DNA from: Scyliorhinus canicula
Taxonomy: Eukaryota
NCBI RefSeq assembly: GCF_902713615.1
Contig: NC_052163.1
Location: 37,210,248 to 37,274,247, forward strand
Direction: 5' to 3'
DNA: 64,000 nt
Positions within the stretch are counted from its first letter, which is position 1, and each line of letters opens with the position of its first letter. Below, piece by piece: positions 46,615-59,900 of this stretch. The translations under genes were made by a program, and so were the position numbers. The notes beneath the pieces are model-generated. The model was not told the DNA's origin. It saw only the letters and a list, made by a program, of their open reading frames with translations, and searched no databases.

Positions 46615-47283
46615 ATATATTTCTTTTAAACCTGTTGAAAAACACCATGCAATGAATCCAAGAGGCTGAAATACAATGTCAATGTTTCACTGCGAACAAC
46701 GCTTGTGCAGAATTACATGGGTTGGGGCTAATCTGCAGCCATGGCATTGAGCTGAAAGTTGTGATCTTATCATTTTCTGTGAGCCAAATTTTCAGTCAAC
46801 ACAGAACTTGACCAAGTATGAAATGTAGCTTCAGGAATGTGAGGATTTGACAGCTGTCAAAATACAATGACTTACTTCTTTATGTGAGGCCTGGACACAG
46901 GGAAAAAAATTATGAGCAAAGGCACATTCTTGAGTAAATAAAAATGTTTAGGGTTGAATTGTCATCTTCATTGCCTAGATGGCTATCTGATAGACTGAGG
47001 GCAGAATCAATGTCATCCCAGTGGCATCAATGGAACTATGATTTGTACGCCGAATTTTGCGGGCCAAGATAAATGGCGGTTTGACACATTCAGAAGTTCA
47101 CTGTGTGCAAAAATAAGCATTTTGCTCTGGAGTGATAGACATGAGGTGAGAATCTTAAAATCAGAAACCATCCAAAATTGGAGTGGAAGGAATACAGGGA
47201 ATATTTTTTGATAAAGCATTGAACCCATATCCTTCCCCTCCATTTTAATGATGCTTCAAAACTACTGTTCTTCACAACCTGCA

Positions 47284-47632
47284 AAGGAGTTTGCACATTC
47301 TCCCCGTGTCTGCGTGGGTTTCGCCCCCACAACCCAAAAATGTGCAGAGTAGGTGGATTGGCCATGCTAAATTGCCCCTTAATTGGAAAAAATAATTGGG
47401 TAATCTAAATTTATAACAAAAAAAACAAATCAAGGGCGGCACGCAACACAGCGGTTAGCACTGCTGCCTATGGCGTCGAGGACCTGGGTTCCAATCCCGG
47501 CCCTGGGTCACTGTCTGTGTGGGTTTCACTCCCGCAACCCATGGATGTGCAGGGTAGGTGGATTGGCCACGCTAAATTGCCCCTTAATTGGAGAACAAAA
47601 ATAATTAGGTACTCTAAATTTATATATAAAAA
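47284..47632 (+). mobile_element. Two adjacent tRNA-derived SINEs (47284-47420 partial; 47434-47632)
   Basis: ggagtttgcacattctccccgtg... and gggcggcacgcaacacagcggttagcac... Confidence 0.8.
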
Positions 47633-49059
47633 AGAAAAAAAAACAAATCAATGAAACTGCCGTATTTAACTTTACTATTTACTATTTATATAGAACTTTA
47701 CTATTTGCTCAAAGCAGTCACCCACTTGGGAAACAGGATGTAGTCTTAAGCTTAATTACATTTGTTAAACTCATGCAATTGGCGCATCCAAACTGTCAGA
47801 AGCACAAATTTCTACATTTGATACAAGAACTCACGTTCAGACACAAATATTCATTCGATAAACCACGATGATGCTGAAACATTCTCGACGAGGGTTGTAA
47901 TGTCACTCAAAGGTAGTCTGTAGTGGGCAGTGCAGAGAATTGAAGTGCCAGAAATGTCACTTGGATTGTTCCATCCAGTTCTTGTGTGGTATGCTGTGGC
48001 TGTGAGGGTGCTCACATGGCCGTGCCATACGTGTGCCAGGATAGCATGCAGGGTGGGTAAAATGTGACAACAAACAACATCCAACACGCACAACATGCCA
48101 TTTTTAACCTGATCGGTTCTATTTAAAGACAACAACATGGGACTTTCTGGTAAGGTGCTATTTCCTCCGTTGCACAGTGAGTAGAAGTCCAGTGTTGATT
48201 GTTATTGGGGGAGTTTAGAAAAGTGTTTCGAGTTACAATAATAATAATCTTTATTGTCACAAGTAGGCTCACAAGTAATGAAGTTACTGTGAAAAGTCCC
48301 TAGTGCGCCTGTTCGGGTACACTGAGGGAGAATTCGGAATGTCCAATTCAGCTAACGGCATGTCTTTTGGGACAGGGACGTTAATGGAATTGGAAGGCCT
48401 GTCAAGAGAAATCCTGCTCTAGTGATGGACATACTACAGTGGCAGTTACTCCTGGGCTGTGGCACACTGTGGAAATGAAGCACAGGGAGCAGAGAGAGAA
48501 ATCTGGACACAGAGGAGGACACTCATAGCAGATCATATCTATCAAGGGTGTTTAGACAGTACTTCTACCACCACCAGTTCAGCCTGGATCAATTCCTGAG
48601 GCAGCTGTGAGTTACTAAATGACACCACCTAGCTCTAGGGGCATGGATAGAGTGGATGGGCAGGCACTCTTTCCCAGGGTGAAGGACAGTCACCAGGGGG
48701 CATTGGTTTAAGGTCCATGGGTCGGGGGTTGGCCGGTTGAGGGCAGGGGGGGGGCCTCTGGGGGGAACTGTGTCTTTGTTGTGCGGAAGGTCCGGGTTGG
48801 GCGGCGGCCGATCGGGGGTACTATTTCTGCAGTTCAGCTCCGCAGTCTGAGTCCGCCATGGAGTACAGCATGGACACTGGAGGCTGCCACCCTGCACATG
48901 CGTGGCCTCTGACCCCGAAGTGCAGGGGCCGTATCTGCAACTGGAGCTGGGAGCTTCACGACGGCTCCCTGCTGGCCCCATGCAGGGCTGTGAATCTGTG
49001 GCCTTTTAACATCAATTTTTCTGCTGTAAAAGGCCACAGTTTTCATGAAGCCGTGGGAC

Positions 49060-49510
49060 ATCATCCCTGAAACAGAGAAGCCAGCCTGTATCCTTGGGTG
49101 TTTCCTGATTTTGTGGTGATTAGATCACAATGCCACAAGTTGAGACACGAGGAGGACAACTCAAGAAGTACAGATAGGGAGGCTGAGGTTCAGGTGTCAG
49201 AAACAATTTTTGATCAGATAGTTGATGGAGAACAAGATCAGGTGGTGGATGAAGCAGATATCTTTAGCTCACGAAAGTTGGTAGAATTACACCAGAAAGA
49301 TTCAGAGGTAAAGCAGTTGTGTCAGAAAGCAGATGCAGGAGTAGAATCTGAGTGTTATTACATTAAAGCGAATGTAGTAATGAGAAAGTGGAGGTCTTTA
49401 CATAATCACGCAGATGAGCAATGGGCAGAAGTGCATCTAATGGTGTTACCGGTGGGTATAGGAAGAAGGTTTTGCGAGTAGCGCATGAGGTTCCAAGCGA
49501 TTGGAAAGTC
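49060..49510 (+). mobile_element. Gypsy (Gmr1-like) internal fragment
   Basis: LVELHQKDSEVKQL...YYIKANVVMRKWR...DEQWAEVHLMVLP...AHEVP, the pre-integrase region. Confidence 0.55.
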
Positions 49511-49569
49511 CAAGCGATCGAAACTAACTGGAGGAGCTTCACGCTAGAGTTACCTCTCAAAGGGAAGTA

Positions 49570-49910
49570 AGAGACTGCTGTGTGCTCTGTTTCACAGAGA
49601 CATGGCTCACCCCTGCCTCACTGGACTGTGCCATACAACCTGACGGCTTCTGAATTCACCGGGCGGACCCCACAGTGTAATCGGGCAAAGCGAAGGGTGG
49701 AGGGGTTTGCCTCCTCATCAACTCCTCCTGTTGCTTGGGTGTGGTGACACTGGCGAACTGCTGCTCCCCAGACCTGGAATACCTGACGGTGAAGTGCCGC
49801 CTGTACTACCTTCCACGGGAGTTCACTTCGGCCATTATCACATTTGTCTACATCCCAACCCAGGCCGAAGTGAAGAAGATGTTTGATGAGTTGCACACAA
49901 TTATAAATTG
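49570..49910 (+). mobile_element. Rex1/Babar-type LINE endonuclease fragment
   Basis: GKAKGGGVCLLI...CSPDLEYLTVKCRLYYLPREFTSAII..VYIP.QA. Confidence 0.8.
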
Positions 49911-49914
49911 TCAC

Positions 49915-50975
49915 TTGAAAGACTCCCAAATGTCCGATGTTGATTTACCCTCTAACAGCTGCACCCAATCCAAATTCTTCAATTCCTGTCTAATGTTATC
50001 GTAATTTACCTTTCCCCAGTTTAGCACCTTAATGCGAGGATTACCGTCATCCCTATCCAAACCCAGGAATTTGTGTCATTACTCCCAAAATGTTCCCCTA
50101 TTGAAAGCTCAACCACCTGTCCAGGCTCATGCCTCAATACCAGATCCAGTGCTGCCCCTTCCCTAGTTGGACTCTCTATGTATTGAATCAAGGAGCCTTC
50201 CTGGATACACCTGATAAACTCTGCCCCATCCAAGCCCCTAGCACTAAGTGAATCCCAGTCAATATAGGGGAAGTTAAAATCCCATCCCACAGCAACACTA
50301 TTACTTTTGTGTCTGTCCAAAATCTCTCTACCTATCTGCTCCTCTATCTTTCGCTGGCAGTTGGGGACCTGTAATAAACGCCCAACATTGTGATTGCCCC
50401 CTTCCTGATCCTGAGCTCTACCCAGATTGTCTTCCGCAGTACGGCTATAATATTCTCCTTAATCAGTAACGCAACTCCCTTTTACACCCCCCTCTATCGC
50501 TCCTGAAGCATCTGTATCCTCCAACGTTAAGCTGCCTATCCTACCCTTCCTTTAACCATGTTTCTGTGATAGCCACACCATCATCGTTCCAAGTACGAAT
50601 AAATGCTTTAAGTTCATCTGCCTTACCTGCCATACTTCTGGCGTTCAAACAAATACACTTCAAACAACTGTGTTTCAACAGACAGGGTGATGTTGTTCTC
50701 TTATTTATGATCTCTATTTCCTCTTCAGTTTTTATACTTCTAACCTAGCGCTCTGGTTCCCACCCCCCTGCTAAACCAGTTTAAATCCTGCCCAGTGACT
50801 CTAGCAAACCTCCCAGCCAGGATATTGGTGTCCCTCCAGTTTAGATAAAACCCCTCCTTCTTGTATAGGTCACACCTGCCCTGGAAGAGATCCCAATGGT
50901 CCAGCAATCTGAATCACTTCCTCCTACACCACCAGTTTAGCCATGTATTTAGCTGCACTATGCTCCTATTTCTAG
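49915..50975 (-). mobile_element. CR1-type LINE 5'/APE fragment
   Basis: VGWDFNFPYIDW...IESPTREGAALDLVL. Confidence 0.8.
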
Positions 50976-51779
50976 CCTCTCAGGCTGTGGGTGCCCTCCA
51001 GGGTGACAATTTACCTTGTGTTGACCTGAGCCTTACCACATCAGGTCTGTTCAGTTTCGTATTTGTGGTCAGCTTCAGCAGATTGACCAACAGAGTATCA
51101 GAGTATCAGTTAAACAGAGTATCAGAGCAGCAGCATTCGTGATGCCTTAGAGAGATCTGGTAACCTTACAGGGAGAGGAATCTGGAACACACCCCCCCCC
51201 CCCCAGCTCTGTCTTCAGGTCTTCAGGCTTTAAATGCTCACGAGCTGGATAGAGAGAAAACACTGGCTGCTCTGCTTACCCGGAGTGAGTTCCAGCCATC
51301 CGATATCAGAGAAAGAGATCACCGTTTCTGGAAGAGATATTTAACAGAGTTCTGCTCAACTGAAACTCAAACAGACAGAGTCACACAGCAAGGAACCTGT
51401 CTGGAACAATCCGCTTTGAGAATCTGCCAAGTTCCAGTTGGTATGTTGCCTCATATATCAGTGATGGACATGGGTTGGGTGAGAATAAGCTTGTGTAGCT
51501 GAAGTTTCTCCCAAGGTATACTCGCCCCTATTCTGTCTGAACAGCACCTAACCCTGATTGATGTCAGTTTCCATCACTGCGTGGACTCGGTCTTCTGAAT
51601 TCACTGCCCTCTCTGAACTTCTTCCTTACGCATGTTCATGGTCAATTTGCTGGCTTTGTCTTTTCCTATAACCTTTCTATTCTCTTAGTAAAAAAGGCCA
51701 TCACTGTCCCCTTTCTTGCATCAATAGCATCCTACTTGCTTCAAACACAACTTCCTTTTGCATGATGGAGAATGGAGTT

Positions 51780-52200
51780 GAACAACACCGAAAAAGCAAG
51801 CCAGACAGCAGACCCAAATGTCTCAAAGCCATCAAGCATAAAGTTGAAGAACTAGAAAAATTAGCAAGGACAGGAGTCATTGAACTTGCCGCTACAAGTG
51901 ATTGGGTGACCCCAATCGTTCCTGTATTAAAACGAGATGGCCCAGTGAGAATATCTGGACATTTTAAAACTACTATTAATCCAGTTTTGTGCGTAGATCA
52001 TTATCCACTGCCGCTGACTGAAGTCTTGTTTGCTGGACTTTCTGGAGAAATTCAATAAAATTGATCTTTCACAGGCATATCTGCAGATCAATGTGGCTGC
52101 TGAACCATAAGTGAACTCCTCCATCAGTGCTATTTACAACATCTTTGCCCAACTCACATGTTGGTTGCTTATTACTGTCAATCAGATTCTGCTGACTTTT
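51780..52200 (+). mobile_element. Gypsy (Mag-like) RT fragment
   Basis: PKCLKA...GVIE..ATSDWVTPIVPVLKRDGPVRISGHFKTTINPVLCVDHYPLP...KIDLSQAYLQ. Confidence 0.8.
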
Positions 52201-52803
52201 GAAAGTACTGTATGAAGGAGTGTATGAAGGAGTTCAGAAAGGTTGATAAAGTCTCAGGGGTTGTGTCGGGGGCTCCAAAGATCAGGTTCCATTTAAAAAT
52301 GGCGTCTTGATCTCTCACTACACTGAGGAGTTCCAGCGAGAGGATCTGGAAGGACTCCAGGTCCACCTCTTACTCTCAACACGGGGACATCGATAAAGCC
52401 CTTCTTGGGCTGCAGCATCAGAAGGAGATGGCGCAGAGCTGGAACAAAGACACCAGATAGTGCTGGAAAAACTCAACAAGCCTGCAGCACCTGCAGAGAG
52501 TGAAACAGAGTTACCATTTCAAGTTGAATACAACTCTTCTTTAGAACCACAAACTGACATCCAAAGAAGCTGCTAGTTCCGAAGAACAATCATATTGGAT
52601 TCAAAACAATGGCCAGAATTCTCCAGTCATTGCGAATCAATTTTCCTGCCAGCAGCCTAGTCCCGCCAGCGGATTTTGCGACGGCGTGGGGTGGTTAAGT
52701 TGGGAAATCTCATTGACAATCGGCAGGAAGATAGAATCCCGCCACCAGTAAAGGGCGCGCGACCGAGAAACACGTGGTTTCGGACCGGAGAATCTCGTCC
52801 AAC

Positions 52804-52872
52804 TCTGCTGAGTATTTCCAGTACATTCTGTTTTTATTTCAGATTTTCAGCATCTGCAGTATTTTGCTTTCA
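52804..52872 (+). mobile_element. Penelope terminal-repeat tail fragment (no ribozyme core)
   Basis: ctgctgagtatttccagtacattctgtttttatttcagattttcagcatctgcagtattttgcttt. Confidence 0.65.
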
Positions 52873-53264
52873 GCAAAGAAGACAATCTGTTCACAGAGGG
52901 AGGAGGAGGGATCTCAGCAGGAGTTCTTTATTCACGTAGAGTCGTCAGGGAGCTCTTGCATAATTGCACCGAAGCCGGCGGCAGCATATATTGATTAGCT
53001 CCAATTCACAAGGAAAGTGGTCACACGCGTGGGTCGGCCCTTGGCCTTTTTGGGAGGATGTGCTGACATTGGCTGATGCTTCCAGAATGGAAAAGAAAAC
53101 ATAGCAAATATCGGGCTGTTCACTCTCCACCGCTGCAGCCCAAAGGTCACAGAGACTCTGTGCTCGAGGAAAGGAGTTAATTCTCTCTAAACGTGGAGAG
53201 AAGAAAGAAGATTTGTCAATGTTGTTTTGCTAGGATAGCAGCTTCACCATGGTACCAGATGCTG

Positions 53265-53670
53265 CTGTTTACACAGAAGTGGCTTTAATGGTGCAACATT
53301 TAAGCCAGTGATGCCCACACTCTGTAAGCCTAGTATCTCTCTGTTTGCCTTTCTCCCAAAGAGTCCTTGGATTCCCAACCTCGCCTTCAAGACCTCCCTC
53401 AGCAAGTGGTTTCTGTGGCCCTGCCCCAGCCCTTTGCTTGTTAAGTAATGGGTTAAGAGACATTGCAATTAGTTGTCTCATTTATGTTAAGTGTTCAATG
53501 ATTGTCTCATTTATGTTAAGTGTTCAATGATTGACACTGATATGTAAAGGGGCCTCAGGTGGACTCAGGAGCTTGTGATGATCTGTAGAGTTCTGTGCAG
53601 AGTGAGTTTAAACCATTAAAGGTGTGTTGGTGAAAAAGGAGCTGAACTCTTGCCTCTTCATATTACAGCA
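53265..53670 (+). mobile_element. Probable solo LTR with an internal 29-bp tandem duplication (53473-53530)
   Basis: ATTAAA near the end, CA terminus, ttgtctcatttatgttaagtgttcaatga x2; boundaries uncertain. Confidence 0.4.
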
Positions 53671-53754
53671 TCTAGTACATGTTAACATTGCTTCCCGATC
53701 TTCCCTTAGTCCCTCAATGATGTTATGACGCTGGCCTTGGTTTCTCCTCCGTGT

Positions 53755-53900
53755 GTGCGTATGTGAGAGAGTGAGTGAGTGAAAGAGTGAGTGAGTGAAT
53801 GTGTGAGTGCATGCGCGAGTGAGAGAGTGAGTGTGTGAGAGAAAGTTTGCGCATGAGAATGAGTATATGTATGTGAGCAACTAAGTGAGTGAGTGAGAGA
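53755..53900. repeat. (GAGT/GT)n simple repeat
   Basis: Direct inspection. Confidence 0.9.
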
Positions 53901-53913
53901 GTACTGAGGCCAA

Positions 53914-54795
53914 GGGCGCGATCGATCGGCCACATGGCACCCGAAAAGCATCATTCTGGGGCGCAACATGGCCGATAGAAGCCGGGAAACCCCACTCCCT
54001 GGATCAACCATGCTTGTAACACCTCGCGAGATCTAACACGATTGTGGGCGAATCAGGTTTTGGCAAATTTACATATTAGTGCGTGACAGCTAGTTTCAAT
54101 CTAATATGTGGTTTCCCGAGGCACCCGAGCCGTTGGAATCTATCTCCTTTGCTTCGGAGACTCTGGGCCAATGCTGCTCAGTACTGATCGCCACAAACGG
54201 GCACCAGATGGAACGGCACTCCTGGGGTCTCCCAGGGGATTGGAGGTCCCCAAGTGCATGCCCTCTGGGTGGGGTGGTACTCTGGCATTGCTGGTACCAC
54301 CTGGGAGCCCTGAAAGTGCCAGCCTGGTACCCTGGGTGCCAGTCTGTCACTGTGAAGGTGATCAGGTGGAACTGCCAGCTGGAAGGGGCACTGCCAGGGT
54401 GCCAGATTGGTACTGTCAATGATCCAAGCTGGCATTCTATAAGCGGTGTCAATCAGGCCGGGGGTGCCCTGCATGGGTGTTGGGGGAGGCCCCGGGACCC
54501 ACTCACAATGACGATGCTTGGGGAGCTTCGGGGGTCACGTTGGGAGCTTGCAAGGTCAGGATTTCATTTAGAAATGGCATCCCAATCTCTTGCTACACTG
54601 AGGAGTTCTGGTGTGCAGAGCCCCTCAGTGCAGCAAACGGGGCTATGTGTGGCCTCAACCATGTTTCCCTGCTGAGGAACCCCATCTAACCTGAGTGCAG
54701 TTCGATAGCGTTGTTCTCGGCGCTATGAATGCTTGGAAGCATGTGGCTATTAGTGCTCGCTGTGGGATTTTGTTTCATTTAGTTAAATTGGGCCC
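53914..54795. mobile_element. Non-autonomous Harbinger-type DNA element
   Basis: Termini gggcgcgatc / aaattgggccc; internally similar, in inverted orientation, to 56000-56699 + 61650-61794. Confidence 0.6.
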
Positions 54796-54799
54796 AACA

Positions 54800-55340
54800 G
54801 TGAAACACACACACGCACACACACACCACAGTCAACGTGCCCACACACCATAGCCAACACACACACAATACTGTCAACATTCACACACACACTACAGACA
54901 AAATGCATGCACAACACAGTCAACATGCACACACACACATCACAGTCAACCCACACACACACTACAGCCAACCCACACACACACCACAGCCAACACACAC
55001 ACCACAGCCAACATGCACACACACACCACTGCCCACACACACACATACACACACACACAAATACCTCCGACATTCACACACACCACAGACAAAATACACA
55101 CACATACACCACAGCCAATCCACACACACCGCAGTCAACCCACACACCACAGCCAACATGCACACACACACCAGTCAACATGCGCACACATGCCCCCACA
55201 CACAAGCGCAAACACACACATGCATGCACACACAAACACCACAGTCAACATGCACGCACACAGACGTACCACAGCCAACATGCACACACACATGTGGCAC
55301 ACACACACGGCACACACACACCACAGCTATTTTGAACACA
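54800..55340. repeat. CA-rich minisatellite (cacacaccacagccaacatg-like units)
   Basis: Direct inspection; followed by an N gap. Confidence 0.9.
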
Positions 55341-55479
55341 NNNNNNNNNNNNNNNNNNNNNNNNNNNNNNNNNNNNNNNNNNNNNNNNNNNNNNNNNNNN
55401 NNNNNNNNNNNNNNNNNNNNNNNNNNNNNNNNNNNNNNNNNNNNNNNNNNNNNNNNNNNNNNNNNNNNNNNNNNNNNNN
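55341..55479. other. Assembly gap
   Basis: N run. Confidence 0.99.
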
Positions 55480-56994
55480 TTTATTAGTTTGCTCTTGGTA
55501 CATTTTAATGATCACTTGTATTAATCACACATTTTTAAAATTACAATATATTGCTTTGATATTGTTTTTGTTTTGCTTAGTATGTTTTCTTCATGTTAAT
55601 GTTGTGCCAAACCAGATTGGAGACTGCTGCAGCTGGGTTTCTTGCTGCGGGGGAATGAAAGGCTCACAAGAAGTCAGACTGCTTTTTGGAGAGCATTAAT
55701 AATTTGAGTAGCAGGTGAGGATAGTGGTTTTCTTACTGTTACTTCAGAGGAGCAACACAAGTGGTATTCTCTACAAACAGGATGCTGCTATCAAACTGAA
55801 TAGATGTTCTGCTTTTCTGCTTACCACACGAATGAGAAATGTGGGACATGAATTTCAGTGTCAATTTGATGGCAGCTATGTAGGGCATATATTTTAATGA
55901 CTGGTGGATCGGATCAAATAACATATTCCATCAGCTGCTCAGGTCAAGCAAAGTATTATCCATTCACAACAAGCTTGTGTTGGCAAAATTCCGAATTTAG
56001 GGCGTGATCTAACCGAATTGCAACAGAGGCCTGTGTCGAGCGTGTTTAGCTGGGTGTTTCCTGGCACTCGCAGCACCGAGAAAGACCATACTGTCTATCC
56101 TGCCTTTGTTGCAATCCTGGGTCTCTGGGGGAAACACCCTACCGAGGCTGTACTTAGTCCCGTTTCTTGCACTAAGGAGCTCTGCTCGCCAGAACTGCTC
56201 AGTGCAGGAGGAGATTGGGACGCCATTTCTGTCGGGCCCCCCGCCCTAACCCCCGGACCCCCCCCCCCCCCCAAAGCCCCAACTCACCTATAAGAGGCTG
56301 TTGGGCCCTTCCACACCACACCTCACATGGGCATGGCACTTCCGGGCCCAATCCCTGGCAAGGACACAATGTCAACTGGGTGACACTGCCAGGGTGCATG
56401 GTTGGCAATGCCAGGGTATCCAGATGGTAGTGCCAATATCCAGATGGCACTAACAGTGCCATCATTCCACTCTGCCCAGAGGCCAACCACCTGGAGGCCT
56501 TCGAACACCTGTGAGACCCCGCTCCACCAAATGCCGTTCTGCCTGGTCCTCGTTTGTGGGACCAGTCCTAAATGGGCTCACCAATGATCTCCGAGGCAAA
56601 GGGGATAGATCCATGCCTCAGATAGCTCAGGTGAGCTGCATATTAGAGTTAGACTTACTACTCACTCTGATATGTAGATTTGTCAAATACTGATCCACCT
56701 ATGGTAAACCACTGAATTGTATTATCTTGTATTGTACTGTTGTATTGTTACATGACTGGGCTTGTCCCTCCTGGCTCCGAACCACTGTAGTATATAATAT
56801 GTAATGTGGTAAACTACTGCCTGATGGCTCTGCTTCCCCTCGGGCTCGGTATAAAGGTGGCTGGTCTCCAGCTTCCCCAGTTTGGGATCAGAGGCCAGGA
56901 GGCTTTCTGTTTAGTTTATTACAGCCTCAGTTACGTTCACTACTCATTTTGTGTTCATTGATGGCACATCAATTTAATAAACTAAACTGCTAAG

Positions 56995-59900
56995 ATGAAT
57001 TCATCGCTCAAGCCTGATCACCTGGAGCTGAAACCACAGACAGCCAACACCACTGCAACTTTCGAGCACTGGCTAAGGTGCTTCGAAGCATACCTCGGAT
57101 CCTCCACTGAAGACTTCACCGACCTCCAAAAGAAGCAGATCCACAACGCACGGGTGAGCCCGCAAGTTTCCCTTCTCATCAGGGATGCCCCATCAAATAC
57201 GGAGGAGATAATGTTGCTGAAGGGACAATATGTAAAGTCTGTAAACGAGGTGTATGCTAGGCACCTTCTTGCCATGAGGCAACAATGCCTTGGGGAATCA
57301 CGAGCAGAATTCCTGCATGCCTTGCGGGTATTCGGCCAGAACTGTGATTGCCAGGCGGTATCAACTACCCAACACGCGGAGCTGTTGATCAGGGACGTCT
57401 ATGTCGCAGGCATGAAATCGAAGTATATCTGCCAGCGATTGCTAGAATTGGGTACACTCGGCCTCCCAGACACAGTGCAGCTCTCAAACTCGCTGGAGGT
57501 GGCCTTCCAGAACATGGAGGCCTACACATCCAACCACGCGGCACCCTCATGGACCTCGTGGGCGCCACCATCATCTGACCCGAGTGCAGCGCAAGCCTGT
57601 GCCGCGCAGCAGCCCGCCAACGCCAGAAGCCCAAAGTGCTACTTTTGCGGCCAGGGTAAGCATCCCAGACAACGCTGCCCTGCACGGAACGCAACTTGCA
57701 ACAGGTGTGGGAGCAAGGGCCACTTTGCGATAACCTGCCAGCCCCGATCTCTCCCTAAAACTCCTAGGCCCAGCAGCACTGCCTGCTGCCTGTCGGGGCC
57801 GCCCCCAGCTGCCGCACCACCCGCCATGTGCGACCCGTGGGCGCCATCATCTTCGCCTCCATCTTCGATTTTGCCCGCCATGCGCGACCCATGGGGGCCG
57901 CCACCTTTGACACCATCTTGTACTCCACCCTCCACGCGCGACCCACGGGGGCCCCCATCTTGGGACCACTTTGCAGCCTCCCCGGAGCCCTGCTCATCTG
58001 GTCGTACGCTGGCCGCCGCCACCTCCGACCAGCCTACCCAACACCTTCCGAAGCTCGCCTCCAACACGCTCGACCAGTCCCGGCCACATCACCTCACAAA
58101 ATCTACGATGACCGTCCGGATCACAGGCACGAGGCGGCCTGCCTTTTCGACTCCGGGAGCACAGACAGCTTCATACACCCAGATACGGTAAGGTACTGCT
58201 CTCTCCCAATTTTACCCATGACCTAGAAAATCTCTCTGGCTTCCCTTACTGTACAAGGCGTAGAGTACACTAACTTTAAGCTCTACGTCCTTCCCCATCT
58301 CTGTGCTGCCCTATTACTGGGGCTCGACTTCCAGTGCCACCTCCAAAGCCTTACATTAAAGTTCGGTGGACCCCCCCTCACCGTCTGTAGCCTCGCGACC
58401 CTGAAGGCCCCCCCACCCTCGCTCTTCGCTGACCTCACCCCGGACTGTAAGCCCGTCGCTACTAGGAGTAGACGATACAGTGCCCGGGACAGGGCCTTTA
58501 TCAGGTCGGAGGTCCAACGATTCCTACGAGAGGGAATCATCGAGGCTAGTACCAGCCCCTGGAGAGCCCAAGTGGTGGTCGTGAAGACTTGGGAGAAACA
58601 CCAGATGGTCATCAACTATAGTCAGACCATCAACAGGTACACATAGCTCGATGCGTACCCCCTCCCCCGCATATCTGACATGGTCAACCAGATTGCGCAG
58701 CATCGATTCATCTCCACAGTTGACTTGAAGTTCGCGTACCACCGGCTCCCTATCCACCCGGAGGACCGCCAATACACTGCCTTCGAGGCAGATGGCCGCC
58801 TCTACCACTTCCTCAGGGCTCCCTTCGGCATCACCAATGGGGTCTCGGTCTTCCACCGAGAAATTGACTGAATGGTTGACCAGTATGGGCTACGGGCCAC
58901 GTTCCCGTACTTAGATAATGTCACCATCTGCGGCCATGACCAGCAGGACCATGACGAAAACTTCCAGCATTTCCTCCAAACCGCTAAACTCCTGAACCTC
59001 ACCTTATAATAAGGAAAAATGCATTTTCCGCACAGCCCGCCTAGCCATCTTTGGCTACATTACGGAAAACAGAGTCCTAGGGCCCGACCCCGATCGCGTG
59101 CACCCCTCCTGGAACTCCCCCTCCCCCACTGCCCCAAGGCCCTGAAGAGATGCCTGGGGTTCTTTTCGTACTATGCCCAGTGGGTCCCCAATTATGCGGA
59201 CAAGGCCCATCCACTTATAAAATCCACCATTTTCCCCTGACGGCTGAGGCCCACCTGGCCTTCAACTGCATCAAGGCAGATATTGCCAAAGCCGCGATGC
59301 ACACTGTGCACAAGTCCATTCCGTTCCAGGTGGAGAGCGATGCGTCGGACCTCAATCAGGTGGGCAGGTCCGTGGCTTTCTTCTCCTGTACCCTCCATGC
59401 CTCCGAAATTCGACACTCCTCCATCGAAAAGGAAGCCCAAGCTATGGGCAGCACGGTAGCATAGTAGTTCGCACAATTGCTTAACAGCTCCAGGGTCCCA
59501 GGTTCGATTCCCGGCTTGGGTCACTGTCTGTGCGGAGCCTGCACGTTCTCCCCGTGTCTGCATGGGTTTCCTCTGGGTGCTGCGGTTTCCTCCCACAGTC
59601 CAAAGACGTACAGGTTAGATGGATTGGCCATGATAAATTGCTCTTAGTGTCCACAATTGCCCTTAGTGTTGGGTGGGGTTACTGGGATAGGGCGGGGTTG
59701 TGGGCTTGGGTGCTCTTTCCAAGAGCTGGTGCAGACTTGATGGGCCGAAAGGCCTCCTTCTGCACTGTAAATTCTATGTTGTTTGATACTTTGCCCTGGC
59801 TGCTACCCTCAACAAGGCGGGCAGGCCCATGGCTTTCTTCTCCCGTACTCTACATGCCTCCGAAATTCAACACTCCTCCGTCGAAAAGGAAGCCCAAGCC

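Noticed and set aside
54837-55699. His/Thr-rich long ORFs
   Set aside because: Translations of a CA-rich minisatellite plus a gap
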